Positions 12,893 through 24,659 of a stretch of DNA of 64,000 nt are shown piece after piece (positions within the stretch are counted from its first letter, which is position 1; every line of letters starts with the position of its first letter). The notes beneath the pieces were generated by a model. The model saw only the letters and a program-made list of their open reading frames with translations. It did no database searches and was not told the origin of the DNA. The stretch covers positions 980,641-1,044,640 of the forward strand of contig NW_003314309.1 of the NCBI RefSeq assembly GCF_000143415.4, written 5' to 3'. The stretch is from Selaginella moellendorffii. Its lineage: Eukaryota > Plantae > Lycopodiophyta. The translations under genes were made by a program, and so were the position numbers.

Positions 12893-14186
12893 CCTATAGT
12901 CAATCGAAAAATATACCAATAAACTGGTTCATTTTCATAAAAGAATTCCTTTAGGATAATTTTTAATTTAACAAAAAAGTTTATTTAGGTTTTTATACTT
13001 TGGGTTATTTTGGATATTTTTGTTTATTCAAAAAATTTGTTCATGAGGTCAAAATGTACATTTACAATGCGTATACTAATATTAATGTAGTGGGATTTTG
13101 GTAGTTGTAAGATTAGTTTTAATCTAGACCACTTGTTCTTGTATATAAATTAGGGTTTTTGGGCTAATTGATATATATATTTCTATACACTCATTGATAG
13201 AAGTGAAAGCAACTTTAATTGTCATTAAGGAGTGTTTGAATTTGGGATTCTACTTTACATTTAGCTTTTGCATTGTTTAAATCTCCCTTTTATTATAGTT
13301 TTTCTCATCTTTCTTCCTTTTGTTCTTTCCTTTTTATTCATCTTCATGGCAGAGCAATAACCTCTTCTTTTTTGACTTTGGAGTAGATATTGGTGCAATT
13401 ACTCAATGCTATGTAGTTATAATTGAACAATCATATTTAGTTGATGGCAGCATTCACGGTGTGTGGTACAGCTCCTCCTACTCTTGTTGCCAATCATTGA
13501 ATTTGGGCAAAGTTCTTCTGTGGGAATTTTGACGATGATATGTACTATTAGTTTGATCATTTCATGGTGATTGCTATATATCATTCTTAAGATGATGCTT
13601 GGCATTTGCGTGAATTTCCCACATGTCTCCAAAAGACAATATTGCAAAGGTATAATGGTTTGAGCATAACCACTCGTGAGGATTGAAGCATTCTCTCGAA
13701 CATCTTCAAATGTGCATTTGGACATGCTGACGATTGTGACGATGCCTTCTAACAATTACATCGTCTTCGTTAAGGGCCATTTGAGTCTATAATGCAATTT
13801 GGCATTCAGTTCCGAAGCTTCTTGCTTCATGTAGAGCCAAATATGTCAGAGCGGATCAAGTTGGGAATGTTATGGTTAGTATTTCATCAAGATCTTGTAG
13901 AACTTGTGCATGCACTTGCTCCAACCACCTTTAACAATGCTCTTCACTTGGTATAACGTTATAAAATATCATCTCTTCCACTTCTCGTTGCATGTCCTTT
14001 AGCTTCACTTTATGTGGGAGATAGTCCTGTTCTAGTGGAAGTTGATGTTGTTGCTGCTTGAGTTTAAGGACAAGGACAAGGACGTAGTTGTGGCCGTGAA
14101 TATCCGCTACTGGGCATGTGATAAAGTTGGTCATACTTATCGACTTTATTAGTGTTTTCAAAATTGGCAACCTCCATTTCCTAGGT

Positions 14187-14348
14187 TGTAGCGCATGTGA
14201 TCATGGGATGAGATTTGGATATATTGTCACCGTGGATCCTTGGAACTTTGGGGGATAAATGGGGATAAAATAGCCATTAAGGGCTCAATCATTAAGCAAT
14301 TGCCCTTTTTCCAGTTGACTTAAGGGGAGAGAGATAGAGTGTGCTACA
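14187..14348 (+). mobile_element. Solo LTR of the TRIM family at 20202-20861
   Basis: 162 bp, TGTAGC...GCTACA termini, 5-bp TSD TAGGT (14182-14186 / 14349-14353). Reverse complement of the LTR at 20700-20861. Confidence 0.88.
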
Positions 14349-15172
14349 TAGGTGGAGAGCTTAGTATCAACAACGTCTTGTTGGTGTTGTTGCAGTAGAA
14401 GGTTTGGACACCATGATGCTTCCGAGAAACGAAAAGTCACGTAAGTAGTGGAGGGACCTTGCGCAATAAATCAATGACCCCTCCATTTTTTTTTCAGGAG
14501 CATCATCAAGGGGTTCATTCGGCACTAGTTTATTTAGTATTTATTTTTCAAGCTCGTTTAAAGGTCTTCTATTCTTCACTTCATGTTAGTTGATACAGAT
14601 TTGAATATATCTTCTATTGCTCGGCCTGTTGCTACACGTTATTGTCTATATTTGTGTCATGTGGCAAAGTCAGTTTTCATTCTTTATAGCAACAACCATG
14701 TGTATGGGATGAGGCAAACTTGGTTGTGCGTGTAGGTGATCTTGAGTTTGAGTTGAAGTTATTGCGGGTAGTGCTAAGTTAAGCTTTTGACTTCATCCTT
14801 GGTATGGATTAATTGTGGCATAATTATGTTAAGTGTGACTTTAAGACTTCTCCCCCTTATTTCATATTTCTTTATATTTCTTTTATTCCTCTCACTTTTG
14901 TTCCTCTTCGTTTCTTTACTTTTACCTTTTTTTCTATCACTTTTGTCTTCCCATTACTTCATCCTATATTTCCATTTTATTCCTCTTATCCCTTTTCCAA
15001 TCCCTTTGACGGTTTTTGTGTTGTAGCAGTTGACCACTTCATGAAGGAGTTGTAAGCAACCAAAGGGAACGACTCGAGAGACGATCCATAGGGGTTCAAA
15101 TATAGAGGGAAAGGGCCCATGAACAAGAGTGCACCCCCTTTTCCAATTGGTTAAGGGTCTTGGGATACTTGG

Positions 15173-15228
15173 AGTTAAGCGTCCTTGGGGTTGAATAGTA
15201 CTGGGCTGGGTGACCTCCCGGGAAGTCC
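15173..15228 (+). promoter_or_regulatory. 5S rRNA-derived Pol III internal control region (box A, IE, box C); second copy at 15873-15928
   Basis: Matches the central ~56 nt of plant 5S rRNA as recalled; the 5S ends are missing. Confidence 0.85.
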
Positions 15229-15252
15229 AAACTCAAGAGCTTACATTTGGTA

Positions 15253-15706
15253 TCAGAGGGGTCTCGGGTCCGACTCTGTTGGTTGGCTAAGGGAATCGCA
15301 CCACATGTTAATTGACATCTGGCTGGTCCAGTTTGCTCCCGCTGGGCTCTACCCCTCGGGTAGGGTGTCAAGAGAGCGAGGCTCTCGGGAAAGCTGTGGC
15401 TCTCAGAGGGGTCTCGGGTCCGACTCTGTTGGTTGGCTAAGGGAATCGCACCACATGTTGATTGACATCTGGCTGGTCCAGTTTGCTCCCGCTGGGCTCT
15501 ACCCCTCGGGTAGGGTGTCAAGAGAGCGAAGCTCTCGGGAAAGCTGCGGCTCTCAGAGGGGTCTCGGGTCCGACTCTGTTGGTTGGCTAAGGGAATCGCA
15601 CCACATGTTGATTGACATCTGGCTGGTCCAGTTTGCTCCCGCTGGGCTCTACCCCTCGGGTAGGGTGTCAAGAGAGCGAGGCTCTCGGGAAAGCTGCGGC
15701 TCTCAG
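15253..15706 (+). repeat. 3 x 150-bp tandem repeat forming the Cassandra internal region
   Basis: Near-identical units start at 15253, 15403 and 15553. Confidence 0.95.
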
Positions 15707-18700
15707 CTTCCATTCATGAGGGCGTGAACTTGTAGGGAAGCGTGGTGGATTGTAAGCAACCAAAGGGAACGACTCGAGAGACGATCCATAGGGGTTCAAA
15801 TATAGAGGGAAAGGGCTTATGAACAAGAGTGCACCCCCTTTTCCAATTGGTTAAGGGTCTTGGGATACTTGGAGTTAAGCGTCCTTGGGGTTGAATAGTA
15901 CTGGGCTGGGTGACCTCCCGGGAAGTCCAAACTCAAGAGCTTACAGGAGTATGCTGATCTCTTTGAATTTGATATGTCATTTAAGGTCAAGATTGCAACA
16001 TATCATTTTATTTTAACTGGGGATGCTCATTCAATCAAGGTTTTTATTTGTTGTTAGTCACCCAAATAGATTAAGATTTTACTTGCAAATGTCAAGGAGA
16101 TGTTACAAAAGGGTGAAGTTATAGAGTCTTTGGGTGTGTGAACTTTATCTTGTAACGAAGCCTAATGAGAATATTTGTTTCTGCATTGAATATCATTTGT
16201 TAAACAAAATGATAATCCCAGATATGTACCCTCTTCCTTATACTATTGATTTTTTGAATCGTTTGAAGAGAAGTTATTAGTTCACCAAGTTAAATCTTGT
16301 TTTTGGTTACTGACAAGTACTAATGGCTGAAGATGATATTCCTAAAATTGTTTTTTATACATTATTTGGTTTGTATAAGTTCTTAGTGATGCTATTTAGT
16401 TTGAACAATGCTTCAAAAACTTTTTAATAGATGATGGACAAAATTCTTTGCAATATGCTAGAGGTGATTGTTAACTTCATCAATGATGTTTTAATGCACT
16501 CAGAAAGGATATAGGAGGAACAGTTCATAATGTTCGATTAACATTGGGAAGTTAATTTAAAGTTGAAGTGGTTGAAGTGTATGTTTGGGTCTAAAGCCAT
16601 GACTTATCTTGGGTATTATATTTCTCGTGAGGGTTTGCAAATTGATCCTAATAAATTTATAGTTGTTTTAAAATTCCCTACTCCAAAGTGTATGAATGAT
16701 GTGCAACACTTCCTGGGCAAGGTATAGTATCTTGGTTGTTTTGTTAATCATTTTTTTAATCACACTACACCATTGCGAGCATTGTTGAAGTCGTCAACAA
16801 CATCTTTCATTTAGTCTATGGATTATGAGTAGGCATTTACAGATTTTAAATAGCTATTAACGATTCCTCCGGTTTTGGCATATCCTAACTACACTTGACC
16901 TTTCATTTTACATGTGGATGTTTTGATATTGATCTTGGAGGTATTGATGCAAAAAAGCCCGAGTGTGCCTAGCCAGTGCCATCCCATTGTATATATTAGC
17001 CATATATTACTAGAGGTGAAATTCTCCACAATAAAGAAAAAGTGTTTAATAATAGTTTGGGGTTTTGAGAAACTTTATGCATATCTACATGGTTCTCAAA
17101 CATTATTAGAAAGTGATTATGCTGTAGCTACTTTATTAGTCAAGCGGAAGAACTTGGTTGGTCGTACTGCTTAATGGGCTTTGAAGTTTCAAATATATAA
17201 TTTTGATATTGTTTATCGCTCAGGGAGTTTTATGGCTGATGTTGATGCCCTTTTTTGAGCTTCTCTTCCTTCTTTGCTCTCTTCTCATGTTTCTGACGAG
17301 ATTATTTTTTTCACATCTATGGATTTTTTGGATGAGGATTTAATGCTATTTGTAGTTGTTGTGTTTAATGTCTATAAGGTGAAGAACAAGATTTATCTTC
17401 TCTTGAGAGGTTCGCGAGGCTCAAAAGATTGAGCTATAGATTCGAAGGCTTTGTGATGGCTTTGAAAATTTTGCATCACTTATTGATGACTTGCCATTTT
17501 GGCATTTACATTTTCAATATCGCTCTATATGGTCATAATCTAATACTACTAACAGAGTTAGATTTACCTTCATGATTGCCATGAGTTGTTAATGTTTGGT
17601 TGTAGTATTTGGCGAGCATTCTTCCACTTGTCTAAGTAGAGTCTACCAAACAGGTTATATAAAAGTGCGACAACAACGGTATTACAACTTCCATCATCAT
17701 CCATTAGTGAAGTACAAAGTGGATGACTTAGTATTAGTCTATTTTCCCAATTTTAAGGTATATGGTTTCTCTAAGGGGTTCCTTGCTCAATAGAAATGAT
17801 TATATTAAATGTTGCAACAAGTTGAATTGCAAGTTTATGAGGTTCAGTATGATGTTTAGCAAGCCGATCCTCTAGAAATTATGCATGTGCAACGGCTGAA
17901 ATGCTTCATACAAAAGGAGCAAAAACAACAGGCACCACCTATAGATTCAGCAATGCCTTCTTCTGATGTTCCTCTAGATCTTAGCCCATCCACAAGAGAA
18001 CTTTAATGGTCTTCCATCATTCTAAGATTATGTGAGGTCCAAGTGTACAATTATGATGCCATATACTACTATTAGTGTAGTGGGATTTTGGTTAAGTAGA
18101 TCGATTAGGTTGTTTTCAGTACATTCATTTAGGGTGTGGGATCATTTGTTCGATAACCCAGTACCAATCACAACCAAAACAATATCTCCAAACATTTCCT
18201 ATGTCACCTCCTATGGTTTGGGTGTCTAGGGGGTACCTATATCATGGAAGATGAGGATTAGTAATGCAATCTTAGCTAGCTTTGTCTCTCTCTCTTTTCT
18301 TTTTTTTGTAAAAGTATAAAGCTAGGATTCAAGAATGAAATAAGACTTGCATGATTGATGCTTGTAAACCAATATACTTAGGTATAAGTTTGGGAAGTAC
18401 ATCAAAAGTGACTTCCAAGCACTAGATCTAGAGAACATGCTCAACTTAATTGCTTTTTATAACTTCATAAATCTTAGTTGTTGTCATCCTATCTTTTTTT
18501 TATAGGGGCGATTAAATATTATATCAGTCAATATCACAAGCACTACCTAAGCAGAGTTTGTGAAAGCCCCTTGTGTCGCTGCGTTAAGTTTTAGCATTTT
18601 GGCTGTAAAGAGTTCCTATAAGCTAGGGGTGAAGAAAACACAAAAAACAAATCGTTTATACATGTTTATGCATGGCTAGGAAAGTGGTAGTGAGATTCCT

Positions 18701-19689
18701 CACGACCTTAGTATTGGGTGTGAGCTCATTTTGAGTTAGACCCAAGCAAACACTTCATTAGTGTTACTCATTTATGCAATGCACAATGAAGCAGCTATTA
18801 ATCTTAGTGTGGGTGAGAAATGTGCATGGTTGTGCTAGTGCACAACCCTGCAAGTACCTAACCTTGCTCTGCTTATAGATGCACTTTGGGAGAATGTAGT
18901 GGTGGCAAATTCAAGTGAGAACCCTTAATGTTAGGGTTTTCCCCGGCACTTCATACCTTTCTGTGTGAGAGAATTTAGTGCCCACAGCCATGAAGTCAAA
19001 TAGCTATAGTTTGTAATTAGGTTTGCCTAGCCATATAATATGCTTCTCAGCACAAGATTTTGCAAAGAATCTAAAGTTCTATTTTTCACCATGCCACATC
19101 TACTCATATGTCCCATTATCATGGTGATGGGATGAAAGAGTTTTTTTTAAAAATAAGACTTTTTTGTTAACAAAACCTCGTTATCAAATCTTGAAGGCTG
19201 TCCCTTTGTGGGAAAACAAAATTTGTGTTGTATTTTTTAGTTATCAAATAAAACACATTTAATTGATGGTTTGCTTATGCTATTTGTTCTATGTGCAACC
19301 AAGGAATTCATGGTAAATTTGGGGAACTCATCCTTTTATTATTCTCTATTAAAAAAGATATAAAAATTGAATCTATTATGTTTTGATAAAATGCCCAAGG
19401 AGTAGAATGCATTGAATAGAGGACAAAATCTCCTACTCTTAGCCTGAGTTTGCTGAGTTGTCAAACTGTAGTGGGTGATTAGCCAGCTCTCTCCAAATGT
19501 CACAGAGAATGTCAAGCACTGCTTGTATCGGTGTTAATGGGCCAATCAAAATAATCCGGTCTAGACCACAAAGGATAAGTTGTCTTATTGCCACAAAGCA
19601 TTCAATGATATTATCAATCTCGAGGATGACACCACCAGTGATATTAATCAGATAAAAGAGTGTAAAGACTTGTTCTAGGATTACTTTAA

Positions 19690-19837
19690 AAAGATTATTC
19701 ATCGATATGAGATCATCTATGTACCTAAAGGTGTGTTCAAAAAGGCAAAGTGAATCATACTGGCCTAATTATGCAAGTTAAGTAAGAAAGTTGTGCTCAA
19801 AGTAAAAGAGGTACAAGTTACACCACAAAGGCGAGCA
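19690..19837 (-). mobile_element. Penelope-like retroelement RT fragment (Naiad/Chlamys-like)
   Basis: Minus-strand translation CSPLWCNLYLFYFEHNFLT*LA*LGQYDSLCLFEHTFRYIDDLISMNN. The SP..CNLYL..E and FRYIDD motifs fit a PLE RT. Confidence 0.75.
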
Positions 19838-20201
19838 CAAAAGTCATTTCACAAAGTTGTACTAGAAAAGTCGAACTAGAGGACTAAAAGAAAAAAAAAT
19901 GTGGCAAATGAAAGCAGAGTAGAGAGGGAAAGCACCAAGGCAAAGAGAGTGAGTTTAGCTGCATTAGGGGAGTGGAGTGGTTGCTCAAGCATGGCGCTGG
20001 ATGGTTGTGAGGCATTTTGATTGATCTCCTAAGCAATAGTCAAATTTGGGGGTTTTCTTAGTGTCGAAGAAGAATAGATTTAGATGGTTCAAGTGAAGTT
20101 ATGGATGTTTTGAGCATCTTTGGCCAATGGGTCTAGTTCTCTCTCGGTTTCGGTGTGGCTCACAAAAATTACAACAAGAGATTCAAGGTTAAAGCTCATA
20201 A

Positions 20202-20861
20202 TGTGGTCTCTCCCCTTAAGCCAACTGGAAAAGGGGCAATTACTTGATAAGAGAGCCCTTAGTAGCTATTTTATCCCCATTTATCCCCTAAAGTTCCAAG
20301 GATCCACGGTGACAGTATATCTAAATCTCATCCCATGATCACATGCGCTACAATCTTTCCATTGTGTAGACTAGTTATTCCATATGAGGCAACTAGTCAT
20401 CTACTTGTACCGCAGTCCCACGGTGGATACCTTCGTCCGTGGATACTCCACACAAGAGAACATTGTGTAGACTAGTTATTCCATATGAGGCAACTAGTCA
20501 TCTACTTGTACCGCAGTCCCACGGTGGATACCTTCGTCCGTGGATACTCCACACAAGAGAAAGGATGTACGCATGGATGCCCAATACATACAGTTTCAAA
20601 TTTAAAGGTAGGAATATACCTTGCTCAAGGGTATATTATATTTTTAAGTAACCACTAATCAATGGGAATCGAACCCGTGCTATTTGCTCTGATACGAACT
20701 GTAGCACACCTTATCTCTCTCCCCTTAAGCCAACTGGAAAAGGGGCAATTGCTTGATGAGAGAGCCTTTAGTAGTTATTTTATCCCCATTTATTCCCTAA
20801 GGTTCCAAAGATCCACAGTGACAGTATATCTAAATCTCATCCCATGATCACATGCGCTAAA
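20202..20861 (-). mobile_element. Non-autonomous TRIM (second family)
   Basis: LTRs ~20202-20352 (outer end eroded) and 20700-20861. PBS-like TCGTATCAGAGC on the minus strand at 20686-20697. Internal 2 x 101-bp tandem repeat at 20360-20561. Confidence 0.85.
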
Positions 20862-21097
20862 AAGCTGGTATCACATCTTTGGTTAGTTTCTTTTCGTCAG
20901 AAATCTCCAAGCAAAGGCAAAGGATCAAAGTTGGAAGTGAAGCCTCTCCCTAAGCTACAAAGCACTAAAAAAAGAAAGAACTAAAAGCATCCCACTAAGT
21001 CACTTCTACAATGGATTTTTGGCTTGGAGCATATGTTCTCTAATGGCTCTGGCTAACATTCTTTCTACCCCTCCTCCCCCTCCCCCCCCCCCCCCCC

Positions 21098-21574
21098 NNN
21101 NNNNNNNNNNNNNNNNNNNNNNNNNNNNNNNNNNNNNNNNNNNNNNNNNNNNNNNNNNNNNNNNNNNNNNNNNNNNNNNNNNNNNNNNNNNNNNNNNNNN
21201 NNNNNNNNNNNNNNNNNNNNNNNNNNNNNNNNNNNNNNNNNNNNNNNNNNNNNNNNNNNNNNNNNNNNNNNNNNNNNNNNNNNNNNNNNNNNNNNNNNNN
21301 NNNNNNNNNNNNNNNNNNNNNNNNNNNNNNNNNNNNNNNNNNNNNNNNNNNNNNNNNNNNNNNNNNNNNNNNNNNNNNNNNNNNNNNNNNNNNNNNNNNN
21401 NNNNNNNNNNNNNNNNNNNNNNNNNNNNNNNNNNNNNNNNNNNNNNNNNNNNNNNNNNNNNNNNNNNNNNNNNNNNNNNNNNNNNNNNNNNNNNNNNNNN
21501 NNNNNNNNNNNNNNNNNNNNNNNNNNNNNNNNNNNNNNNNNNNNNNNNNNNNNNNNNNNNNNNNNNNNNNNNNN
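21098..21574. other. Assembly gap
   Basis: Run of N after a poly-C tract. Confidence 1.
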
Positions 21575-22829
21575 TGAAAAGTTTTAAAGCCCACGAAAGA
21601 AATTTTCACTGCATGCATGAAAAAGAAAGAGTGCATGCCATGAGATAGAGGTCTAGTCACAATAAGGCAATGATCTAGAGCAAGAGCTAATGTGATATTT
21701 GGCACAACAAAAGTAGATTGATAGGCTGAAATTGGCTTGGACCCAAGACTATAAAAAGTTCTAAGAGTTTTAAAGGACCGCAATCTAGAGCAGAAGTAAT
21801 TGAAAAAAAGGGGAGTTCCACTTGAATTAAAAGGCCAAACTTGCTGGTCTAAAGAACACTCAAGAACAGAAGTGAAAAACTCTAAGCAAAATCATGATGT
21901 TCAAAGGCAAAAAACTGTTGCTCTTGATAGCTAGGATGTGATCGAGTAGAGAGGAGGGGATAGAAGGGAAAGTAGACATATGGCAGAACAAGATGGGAAG
22001 GATGGATTGGAGCAAGAATCTTGAGGCAACGGTCAGGAGACGGAGAAATGGTCATCCTAGCGAATTGACACTAAATCTAGTAGAATTAAGAAATGTAGTA
22101 GGCATGGGAAATCCAAGGAATAATTTGTAGGGAATAAATGCAAATATCTTGGTAAATTAGTGAAAGGATGTGGAAAGAGAAGATCACATAATCATTCAGC
22201 ACATGGGCATTAAAAAGGTTGGACTTATCACTGTCAAAAAAGAGGGAAAGAAAGATGGAATGACATATAGAGGTGTATGGGAAAAGATGTGCATGAAATC
22301 TAAGGAAGGGACATGTGATGGGGTGGCATCCAAGGAGAAGTTGAGGAATTTGATAAACTCATCATGTCAATTGACAATATGGATGGAAAAGGGAGGAGAA
22401 AAACATGGTAAAAATGTCATTAAATTAGGAAACAACATGTGGCATCCAAAGTCAGCACTATTTAAAAGGGACTTGTCAATTTGGAGGGCTTTATTTTCGG
22501 TAGTAGATAAGAGATAGCAAAAAGACAAAAAAAAGGGCATGAGCAAGAGTGAAGCAAAGGTAAGAGAGTAGAGGCAATCCCCACAATGAGTGAAGATCGA
22601 GGGCAACCAAAGGGAGCAGATTGGGGAAAGAACACTAGGGGAAAAAGCACAATAAGAACAAGAGGGGGAGGATCAATAGAGGGAAGTGTTAAGAGGACAA
22701 AAAGAAGGTGAAGGATGGGAGAGCAAACAAGAGGTATAGAGTGAGTTGAGGGAAAGTGAAGACAAAAAGATGCCACAAACAAGGACTATATAGTGGATGA
22801 GCACAGTAGGAGGGAGGGCTAGGGAGTGT

Positions 22830-24042
22830 AGTTGTTGGGCTTGCCGAAAGTTCTTGACCCAAAAGAAGCATTGGTAGGAGAAGTATCATTGGTTAATATA
22901 GAGAATAAAGAGCAAATAGAGTCAAGTGAAGATGAAGGAGTGCCCAAGAGTTACTACATAATCAAATTTCTAGGGAAGGGAGAGGAAAATGTAGCAACAA
23001 AGGGGAAAAAGAAAATAGTAGAAAGGATGCAAAGGTAGCATCTCCAACAGGGATCAAGTGGAGAGTCAAGCAAAACTACCTATTGGACAAAGGCCCTCTA
23101 TGTTTCAAAGCAATTTAGAAAGCAAACAAAAAGAATGAACATGAGGCCAAGCATTTAATAGAGGAGGAAACAAAACAGATGTTGGAAGAGGAAGCATGCA
23201 AAACAAAAGAAAAGGTAAGTGAGGTAACATGGGAAGAGGTGGTTAGACAAGATGGGCTGAGTAAAATGGATACAATGGCACGAACATATGAAGCACTAAT
23301 TGGGTAAGGGATGTTCAAAAGTTTAAGGGAAGAAAAGGGAAAAGGAAAGTGGGAAGAGGAGAAAACGAGTGAGGTATCGTCATCAAAAAGGGTCTAGGAA
23401 GAGGCTATTCCAGAGGTTGTGATATCCCCCAAAAGGAAAAAAGGGCTAAAGATAAAATATCCCAATGTGATGCAAAATACTTGAAAATGTCAGTGTGCCC
23501 AAATGCACCCATAGTCCCATTTAGACCCCTCTAGTAAAGATTGAGGAGATAATGCCGCCAAAGAAGCCAATGAGAATGCCACATAAGCTAGCAAATGATG
23601 TGTTAGAAGTGGACCATAGAAGAGCTAAACAAACTACAAGCGAGAAGAGCCAAAGAAACCATTCATGTGGTAGTTGAAGCAACGGTTCTGGTAGGGTTTG
23701 TGATAGTGGATTGGATATGTGTAACACTAGCATATCATGACGTGATAGCCACTATAGTAGCTGAGAATGTGAAAGACTTTGGGGAAAAATGCTACAACAT
23801 GGTCATCAAGGATGAGAGAGCACGACACAAACTCTTGCAAGTGGATGCATATGCATAACTGAAGTTTTAGCTTTTTTTTAGAGCGTACCACAACTTCACA
23901 CCTCAAAAGAAGTGGATGTTGCTCTTGTCATCAGTGATTATCAATTTTGAGCTTCAAAGAATGGATGTGGCACTAGCAGAGGATAAGATACTAATAGCAA
24001 TACTTCGGTAATACATTCATAAGGATGGAAGGAATGCCAATA
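22830..24042 (+). mobile_element. Degenerate L1-type LINE, 5' part (ORF1), interrupted by the giant DNA transposon
   Basis: Purine-rich decayed coding sequence. Removing 24043-47141 restores the frame IRMEGMPIG-DRVIVKVRIP into the zinc knuckle at ~47270. The 5' boundary is approximate. Confidence 0.55.
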
Positions 24043-24659
24043 GGGAGCGTGGACCATATTTGAGCTCACAAGCTGAAGAGTTGAGCTGAAGAGTTGAGCT
24101 CAATTTTCAATTGTAATTTAGTACAAACATTATAAACTTTAAAATTTTAAAGTTATGGCGAACTTAATAATTTCATAACTCTCTATATATTATATAGATA
24201 AAAATGTTCTAAAGGACACTTCTTGTTCTAATAATTTAAATATTTACTACATGCAATAATAGAGACGTTTGTTAGAATATAAAATAAAATGTTTGCAAAA
24301 AGAGTATTCTTGTCACTTCTTTAAATTTGTACTTTGTGCTTTCTAGCTAGTAAATATCAGGTTTGTCAGAATTTTAAAATTATTAAATTTGAATTAAGAT
24401 TCTATATAAGGCCATATAACCATTTGAAAGGAAAAAAAAACAACTGTGATGGTACATATGCTCTCACAATACATTGTAACATCATACATCCGAAAGACTA
24501 TCACGAAATATTTTTTGAGAAGGTAAAGACAAAAATGGAGACTCACAAATACTATGGGTAGTATTCCGAAAAGAACCTCACAAGTATATGAAATGAAAAG
24601 TGAAATAATAAAATATTTTTATTAATTATATAAGGTATAATTAGTTTATATTATTGATA

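Larger units (their letters stand above)
15051..15945 (+). mobile_element. Cassandra-type TRIM carrying a 5S rRNA core in its LTRs
   Basis: 195-bp LTRs 15051-15245 and 15751-15945 (TGTAAGC...GCTTACA, 2 visible mismatches), TSD GGAGT, PBS TGGTATCAGAG, purine tract before the 3' LTR. Each LTR contains AGTTAAGCG...AGTACTGGGCTGGGTGACCTCCCGGGAAGTCC. Confidence 0.93.
13042..18120 (+). mobile_element. Highly degenerate Ty3/Gypsy LTR retrotransposon
   Basis: RT remnants at ~16140-16900 (DMYPLP, FTKLNL..GY*Q, GLYKFLVMLFSLNNA) and RNase H remnants at ~16900-17250. Related LTR starts at ~13042 and 18031 (TGAGGTC..TGTACA..TGTAGTGGGATTTTGG). LTR ends not resolved. Confidence 0.75.

Noticed and set aside
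15173-15228. 5S rRNA gene
   Set aside because: Only the internal control region is present, inside an LTR.
15096-15727. 205-aa and 180-aa repeat ORFs; possible CRISPR-like array
   Set aside because: They come from the 150-bp tandem repeat in a non-coding TRIM; there are no unique spacers.
15736-15748. GGAAGCGTGGTGG identical to 13 nt of tRNA-iMet
   Set aside because: Short and coincides with the expected polypurine tract; may be chance.
21019-21783. ORFs spanning the N gap
   Set aside because: Assembly-gap artefacts.
21575-22830. Strand-biased decayed coding-like DNA
   Set aside because: Probably a retroelement remnant, but no diagnostic motif could be read.
24037-24045. 6-bp (CCAATA) or 9-bp (CCAATAGGG) TSD for the giant element
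   Set aside because: The TIRs align without gaps only when all six terminal C residues belong to the element, which gives AATA. The alternatives are not fully excluded.
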